DNA of 64,000 nt from Octopus vulgaris (Eukaryota), in contig OX597816.1 in assembly GCA_951406725.2 (NCBI GenBank), positions 37,944,001 through 38,008,000 on the forward strand, in the 5' to 3' direction. Under the pieces are notes generated by a model. It searched no databases. It saw only the letters and a list, made by a program, of their open reading frames with translations, and was not told the DNA's origin. Shown here piece after piece: positions 1 through 64,000 of the stretch (within the stretch, counting starts at the first letter, position 1; every line of letters begins with the position of its first letter). The translations under genes were made by a program, and so were the position numbers.

Positions 1-228
1 ACAAGGCCGGCCCTTTGAAATACAGGTACAACAGAAACAGGAAGTAAGAGTGAGAGAAAGTTGTGGTGAAAGAGTACAGCAGGGATCACCACCATCCCCT
101 GCCGGAGCCTCGTGGAGCTTTTAGGTGTTTTCGCTCAATAAACACTCACAACGCCCGGTCTGGGAATCGAAACCGCGATCCTATGACTGCGAGTCCGCTG
201 CCCTAACCACTGGGCCATTGCGCCCACA
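1..228 (-). mobile_element. tRNA-derived SINE family A (partial, at window edge)
   Basis: Near-identical to the copies at 33010-33396 and 40402-40787; A box TGGCCCAGTGG and B-box-like GGTTTCGATTCC. Confidence 0.9.
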
Positions 229-402
229 CTTTTTTTAATGTACGGTGAGATATAAAGCATAAACACAGTTAGACGTTAGCGGAAGGATCACCCCACACAT
301 TTAAGTATAAAATTTACTTTTACAAAAAAATCGTCGACAGTGATTGCGAAGGCTAAAAATTTCACAGGATGATGCAGAGTCACTACTAAGCCTTTTTCTT
401 GA

Positions 403-486
<84 letters not shown>

Positions 487-607
487 TGCACGCACGCACG
501 CACGCAATATAATGAATGCCCATATTATAATGAACTGCTGAAAAATGTTCTCCGGACGGTTTTTCTGATCGTACTTATAAACCTGCTATCTCTTCTTCCA
601 TTCATAG

Positions 608-56151
<55,544 letters not shown>

Positions 56152-56936
56152 ACGCATGCAAAATTGCTAGGAACAGCAAAGAAGAGAAAAGGAAGAGAGA
56201 GAGGGGTTGGGTGGAGAGAAAGACTGAGAGAAAGAGCGAGAGAGAGATAGAGAAAAAGAAGTAGAGATAGAAAGAAAGAAAGAGAGAGAGAGAGAAATGA
56301 GTGTAATTAAACGTCTTCTTGGGAAAATCCATTGCTAAAATATAGAAGATTTGTACAACCATCGAATAAAACATTTCACTCTTTAAGCATTCCCTTACTT
56401 TCATTTTCAGTTTCTAAATCTACGTGTAGCTATTAAAGGACAATCCACATAAATTGTCTTTTGAACCAACGAGGGAGCCGCTACATAGACGCTGTATTGG
56501 TGCAAATAGTAGCCAAATCTCCCGCAAATAACAAGCCACAGTTTTCAAAGAAAAGGAAATGCACAAATGATGATGTAGTCCCAGTGATATATATATAAAC
56601 AATATATATATAAGGCGGCGAGCTGGCAGAAACGTTAGCACGTCGGGCGAAATGCTTAGTGGTATTTCGTCTGTCGCTACGCTCTGAGTTCAAATTCCGC
56701 CGAGGTCGACTTTGCCTTTCATCCTTTCGGGGTCGATTAAATAAGTACCAGTTACGCATTGGGGTCGATATAATCGACTTAATCCGTTTGTCTGTCCTTG
56801 TTTGTCCTCTCTGTGTTTAGCCCCTTGTGGGTAGTAAAGAAATAGATATATATAAACAAGCTGGTTACTGCTTGAACGCTTTTGGAGGCAATATCGCTTA
56901 GCGCCAAACAATAATTAGGAACAAAAGAAGTTTAGA

Positions 56937-57537
56937 TTAGTTAAAATATGCTTGGGACATTTTAAATTCTAAAGGCAAATTCACTGCAGTTACCGGTGAG
57001 AAAGATTCTCTCTTATGGTAAAGGGTGTAAAAATACCATATCTGCCCCGTGCTTCCCCATATCGGATTCCGAGATGATCGTTTCTGACTCTTTAGCCGTC
57101 CTCAATGGGAAATACAAATGAGAGTAACTTCAGTGAATTTGCCTTTAGAAGTTGAATATGTTACAAATATATTTTAACTCACCTTAAAGTTGGTTTATTC
57201 TTTATCACTGCTTGGCACCAATGCTGTTATATATATCCTGACCAGGCGGTCGAATGATACAACATAGTCACAGATGTTTGGTGTTTTTTTTTTTGTTTTT
57301 TTTAGTTAAAGCTACGGCTTTAATCTGCCCAGGATTATTTCTCTGCGTTAATTCTCATTGGGGAAAACTAAAGAGTCAGAAACGGCCCTTTTGGAATCTG
57401 ATAGGGGGGGGGGGGAAGCACTGGTCAAATATGGTGTTTTCACAACTTTTACTATAAGAGAGAATTTCTTCTCCGCGGTAATTGTAGTGAATCTGCCTTT
57501 AGAAGTTAAAATATATAACAAACATATTTTAACTAAC
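56937..57537. repeat. Diverged fold-back element, ~180-bp arms plus an internal partial third copy
   Basis: 56937-57113 is inversely similar to 57351-57537; 57123-57179 repeats part of the right arm. Confidence 0.8.
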
Positions 57538-58149
57538 GTAAAGTTTGGTAGCATGTAACCCAGTACAACCTGTTGCATGGTCGGGTCGTTGGCAACTAAA
57601 CCGGCAACCCTACCAAGCTTGCTTTGTGAGGAGGGTGTTTATTGGACAGCCTGCGGGATGAAAAACAAAACTCGTCAAAGGGCAGAGGAACTCTTGAGAG
57701 TCAACGGCCATCCAATAAATGTCTTAAGGCTGTATCATGCGCGGGGACATAGAAATAATCGGACTGAATACCCGATCGCGCGGTTAAACCATTGGGAGTG
57801 AAGGGCTCCTAGCCTTTGTCAGGGTATCCTTCTAGGAGAAGGTAACTTAGGTAACTGGGATAACTCCGACATAAAACCTGCGGCTCAGTGGTTACCGATG
57901 ATGTTGACTTGTTCTTCTTTTCGGATTATGGCTGCTGTTGCTTAGTTAGTGGGATTGACTCTGTGCACAGCCTTTCCTCACTTAAAAAAATCTTCTTGCA
58001 CAGGCATTGCACAATAACAACATTGATTAAGCTTCGTGCAATGGCCATACTCGATAACGAGGGGGCAGCCACCATGTATGTATGTATGTATGTATGTATG
58101 TATGTATGTATGTATGTATGTATGTATGTATGTATGTATGTATGTATGC

Positions 58150-58195
<46 letters not shown>

Positions 58196-58196
58196 G

Positions 58197-58235
<39 letters not shown>

Positions 58236-58573
58236 ACACATATCTTTGAAGGTTGTCTCCTTTCCGTAACCCTGGATAGGGGCTCATACCGGGTACTATC
58301 AGCCGGAGCCAGCTGAGCCCGGGACTCGTGTCAGGCAAGGTCGTCACTCCTTGAAGTAGGAAAGAAATTTGCTACCCACTACCCTTATATATATATATGT
58401 ATATACACACATCTCGATACAAGGGCAAACAATTCACGAGAAGAATAACTCCGCAAAAATTAATTTGCTAAGATATTATTCATTTTGTTGTAATCTAGTA
58501 TGACTATTTTTAAAAATGATAATAGCAGAATCAATAATATAGGCGATTGCAGCCCCTCACCAAACACTAAATT

Positions 58574-59009
58574 GCTGAAGGATTAAAATTATTCAAAGGA
58601 CATACTAAGTATGTTTACCTGCTAAAAATAACAGTCAAAACTCTTATTGTGGGAGATGAATGGAAACGCAGGCTGAAGAAACTAAGGCAATTTTTTGCCA
58701 GTGCAGAAACCGGTTCACGTGGAAACGCAGGCTGAAGAAACTAAGGCAATTTTTTGACAGTGCAGAAACCGGTTCACGTGGAAACGCAGGCTGAAGAAAC
58801 TAAGGCAATTTTTTGACAGTGCAGAAACCGGTTCGCGTGAGTCCAAATACTCAAATGTACGTTAGGAGATTTTATTAACCTGATCTGCCTTCGGTTGATT
58901 TCTGCCGTTATTATCAGTGTATTTTGGCGATTTAAATAAGTGTTTTGACTGTTATTTCTAGCAGATAGACATATTTAGTATGTCCTTTGATTAATTTTAA
59001 TCCTTCAGC
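58574..59009. repeat. Fold-back element with ~75-bp arms enclosing a 3 x 59-bp tandem repeat
   Basis: GCTGAAGGATTAAAATTA... / ...TAATTTTAATCCTTCAGC; tandem units start at 58661, 58720 and 58779. Confidence 0.9.
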
Positions 59010-61145
59010 TATATGTACATCTATGTATATATATGCATATATTTATATATGCATATATACATACATAAATTAAGTACCAGTTGCGTATTGGGATCAATCT
59101 AATCGACTGGCCCCCTCCCCTTTAAATTTCGGGTCTTGTGCCTAAAGTAGAAAAGAATATTGTCTCAGAAACGACAAATGCCCAAGTGAGTGTTAAGATT
59201 GTTATATCATTCTTGTTATGTTGTCTGTATATTTGATGGAGACTTAAAATCTTTATAAACGAGCCAAAAATGCAAAAATGTACGAAATGTATAAAACTTG
59301 CGTGCCATCCGTCATCATCGCCAGTAAATTTGGGATTCAAATAATGGCGTTGTTTTCTTTTCTTTCTAATGGTTTTTACTGATTACTGATGGCAAGTTTA
59401 ACGGCTATTTTTACCTAACGCTGTTTTCTCCCTTAACACCATCAATGGTTTCGTGTTAAGGTGATTTTAGCGGTTACTTGGTAAATAACCATTAGCTCTG
59501 CTTCATTAAATTAGCTATTTAATAATGAAACCGATATAAAATGGATACATAGGCAAATACATAATGATTACCTGTGAAACAGCTATTTCCAATTCTCGTA
59601 ATATCAGTATTGATCGTTGTCTTTTTGTCTCTTACCTGAGGTGTGAAAACAGTCATTCAATTTTAAAAAGGAACAACGTGTTAGAAAGCTATCTAGTCTT
59701 ACTTCATTACCAAACTGCCTTTATTTGCTTCATTAGTCATTTATCGTGTAATTTGAATAATGATTTCGTTCCTTCATTAAGTCTTTTCTCGAGTTGTTTT
59801 TGTGAAGTAACCACTAATGTATATAGAACAACTTAAGGTTTACGATATTTTAAAAATCTATTAAGGCGGCGAGCTGGCAGAAACGTTAGCAGGCCGGGCG
59901 ACATGCGTAGCCGTATTTCGTCTGCTGTTACGTTCTGAGTTCAAATTCCGCGGAGGTCGACTTTGCTTTTCATCCTTTCGGGGTCTATAAATCAAGTACC
60001 AGTTACGCACTGGGGTCGATGTAATCGACTTAATCCGTCTGTCTGTCCTTGTTTGTCCCTTCTATGTTTAGCCCGTTGTGGACAGTAAAGAAATATATAT
60101 AGAACAACTTAAGGTTAACGATATTTTAAAAATCTATTAAGGCGGCGAGCTAACAGAAACGTTAGCACGCCGAACGACATGCGCAGCTGTATTTCGTCCG
60201 TCGCTGCGTTCTGAGTTCAAATTCTGCCGAGGTCGACTTTGCTTTTCATCCTTTCGGGGTCGATAAATTAAGTACCAGTTACGCACTGGGGCCGATGTAA
60301 TCGACTTAATCCGTTTGTCTGTCCTTGTTTGTCCCCTCTGTGTGTAGCCCCTTGTGGGTAGTAAAGAAATCGATATTTTTTAAATCTATTAATTTATTCT
60401 GAAGTGAGAAGAGGCTGCATTCATGATGTCCTTAGACAACCCCACCAGATGAGATAATATAAGCTGTTAATGTTTAGATAAAACTTGTTGATGTTTGTAG
60501 GGAAATCGTGAAAGGGGCGGGAATTTCAGGGAGCTAAGAGTTCTTTTGTTCTTTAATTATGGATTAATCAAAGAAGAAGGGTAGCGTCGATGACCTTTGC
60601 AGAACCCCAGGGACCAGCGAGAGACAGGGAGCAAGAAACGATGATTCATTGGTTGCTACTAAACACGAGGAAGTTTAATCCAAGAAGCTGAATTGAGAGT
60701 TAGCTATCATGGCTGGGTCTACCAATAAATAACTTGAGATGTGGGAGTTAAGTATTGCATGGATGTATTTCTCGCTTCGCACGTGGTTCTGGGTTTAGTC
60801 TTACTGCACGACAGGTATTGTTGGCCCGGGATTATTGTACCTACTATAGTCCCGGGCAGGCCAATACCTTGCGTGTGAATTTAGAAGTCGGAAACTGTGT
60901 GGAAGCCCGTCGTACACACACACACATATGTATATATATATATATATCAATATGTGACCGCGTGTGTATCGTTGGCGAATTTGTTTCTCCATCTTCTCTT
61001 CTTTGGACTTTCTCTATATTCTTGACGAAGAGCTCCGCTCGAAACGTGAAATCCCCCTTCTTTCTTTCCTTTCCTGAGCGTTCAATAACACTTACTTATT
61101 CCACGTCCTCGCGTTGTTGTGTTTTCTCTTTGTTGATGTTTGGAT

Positions 61146-61200
<55 letters not shown>

Positions 61201-63410
61201 GTGTGCGCCTTTCTGATTGTGCTTGTCCTCCCACTCCTCACCGCTTGACAACTGGTGTTGGCTTGTTTACCCCAAAGAGACCGATAGAATTATTACCAAG
61301 CTTCAGGGAGCGATTTCTTCCACTAAACCTTTCAAAGTACTGCTCCAGCATGACTCCAGTTCATGACAAAAGGTGTTTAGAAATAGTGAAATTTACCTGC
61401 AAAATGGATAAATGTATATATTGATCCATAATGATTATAAGGAAAATAAAAAAGCGATACTCAATATTTAATTAACTTGTGAGGGCGGCGAACTTGGCGG
61501 AATCGTTAGCACGCCGGGAGATATGCTTTGTGGTATTTCGTCTGCTGCTACGTTCAGAGTTCAAATTCCGCCGAGGTCGACTTTGCCTTTCATCCTTTTG
61601 GGGTCGATAAATTAGGTACCAGTTACACACTGGGGTCGATATAATCGACTTAATCCGTCTGTCTGTCCTTGTGTGTCTCCTCTGTGTTTAGCCCCTTGTG
61701 GGTAGTAAAGAAATAGGTATTTCGTCCGTCCTTACGTTCTGAGTTCACATTGCGCCGGGGTCAACTTTCATCCTTTCTGGATCGATAAAATAAGTACCAG
61801 TTGAACGCTGGGGTCTATGTAATCAACTTATCCCCTCGACACGAAATTGCTTGTCTTGCTCCAAAATCTGAAATCACTATTTAATTATTTTGTATGATTA
61901 CAATATACTGGTTTCATACTGAAGACCCGAAACGAAATGTTTCAAGCATTAGTATTCAAATAAAAAGAATGTAACAAAAAACGGTGAAAGTTGTCGTTCT
62001 AGTCTTCATTGAATTACATTGAACACAGCACAAGCAAATAAATAAATAGGCTCAATGTTGGTTAGCAAATCAATGAATACAAAACCATTGCTAGTTTTAT
62101 TTTTTCATTTCTAAAAGAAACGATGTTTGAAATGTCATAAAAATACTTTCTCTAATATCTTATAACCTACTTGTAATATTTCGTTCTTTAAGTTGGGTGA
62201 CGTATTTATACAAACATACACTTAAAATCATAGGATCACGAATTCACATACAAACAAATAGATAAGTATATATGAGTATGTATATGCGGTAAGTTTGTAT
62301 GTGTGTGTGTATGTCAGCGTGCGCGCGTTATGTTTTATGTAAATGTTTGCGGACTTACACAAACTAATATGCGTGTGCTTACACAACTTATACGACCATT
62401 TAGTTAATTTGCTCGTAGTCACGTACAAAGATACCTGCAGGCAATTTATGCACCATAATAGCATCAAAGACCTGAACCATCACCTTTTATGAAAGAGCAT
62501 TGACATAATCGTTAATGTGTGAGAATAAACTATGGCGAAAATTTGAGGTGGTACATTTAATTTCCTTACACTTTTAAGGGGACATATATGGTTTATTAGA
62601 TACTGCAGCTTTTAAGGGACTAACGGAAGAGCACGAAAGCTATTGAAGAAATGAAACCGTTACAACAAACTCCCCCTACACACATACACCTCGGGCAACT
62701 TATTTCACTGAAATAACAAGGAATACACACATGCTACCTACCAAGTGTGTTACTCAAACCTTTGTTCCATAGGGTTGTGTTAATTCTATATGATTACGTA
62801 TTTGTCTCCTTCTCACGTAATAACATTATAACAACTGTTCATCTGTAAGTGAAATATTATGTAAGTAGTTCTTGCATGAATCGACCCTAGAGATGAAAGT
62901 TAAACAGAAAAGATGGCTACATCTATAAAACATTTGCTCGTCTCGTCTGTAAACTTATATAACTAATTTTCCAGCGCTGTTACTTGAGGTCATAGAATAA
63001 GGACGATAGAACGGAACAAAGTACCAAATTATAGCAGTTTTTATGTATTCCATTCCAATTATATTAAAGACGAAATTATGCTTTGGACCAACGTGGAAAA
63101 ATTTCATGATAAAGATGAATAGGAAGCGACTATCTTCATACCAGGTGTCTCTTTGTTCGGTTTTGTTTCTCTGAGACTGTAGATGTTGTATTGATGGACT
63201 GAGTCTTACAGAAATTGATTGTTACATGTGCCAACACCCTCTTCACAGATTTTAATAGACTGAAGCAAGGTCTTAGCTTCAAACGGGTTCTATTCGCAAG
63301 TGTGGCTGATGGGTATCAGTGAGTATACGACGTACATACATACATATACATATATATAAATATATACAAACACACATTTGTATATGTACATACTTATTTG
63401 TAAGCATGTA

Positions 63411-63485
<75 letters not shown>

Positions 63486-63490
63486 GTATG

Positions 63491-63528
<38 letters not shown>

Positions 63529-63561
63529 CTCTCTCTCTCTATATATATATGTGTGTGTGTG

Positions 63562-63601
<40 letters not shown>

Positions 63602-63603
63602 TG

Positions 63604-63669
<66 letters not shown>

Positions 63670-63862
63670 CACTCATACATTTGTACACATACAAATTTAT
63701 TTGTAAGCATGTATGCATATATGTATATGTATGTGTATGTATGTATGTATATATATATATATACATATATATGTTTATATATGTATATATATATGTATAT
63801 ATATGTGTATATATATGTATATATGTATGTGTGTAATGGGGGCTCACGTCTATCTATCTATA

Positions 63863-63933
<71 letters not shown>

Positions 63934-64000
63934 ATGTCTCCTTACACTGCTCACATGAATCTGTGTTTGTCTGCATACACAAACAGACAAAAACAAATAT

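Noticed and set aside
58661-58838. 59-bp repeats as a CRISPR array
   Set aside because: Units are contiguous with no unique spacers, there are no cas genes, and the context is eukaryotic.

Overview
Eukaryotic, AT-rich, microsatellite- and SINE-dense genomic DNA, most likely octopus (inferred from repeat content, not from a database match). One + strand host gene spans almost the whole window. It has 17 GT-AG exons (608 to 56136/56151, 655 codons) whose splice phases all agree, and it encodes a divergent ADAMTS-like zinc metalloprotease: prodomain, HEIGHILGMPHD catalytic domain, disintegrin-like region, one TSP1 repeat and a Cys-rich region. The signal-peptide exon probably lies upstream of the window. 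The introns hold decayed transposons: a FLYWCH-MULE (Phantom-like) element, a mariner, Helitrons, a Penelope-like element, RLE-type, RTE-type and Tx1/L1-type LINE fragments, and at least four tRNA-derived SINE families. Three patterns stand out. (1) About ten hammerhead-ribozyme-like motifs occur, several in fold-back elements at or near (TA)n tracts and one as a 3x59-bp tandem. (2) A SINE forms head-to-tail arrays with the same junction seven times. (3) An RLE retrotransposon is repeatedly embedded in (CATA)n. Most ORFs in the supplied track are microsatellite artefacts. All alignments, folds and coordinates were done by eye.
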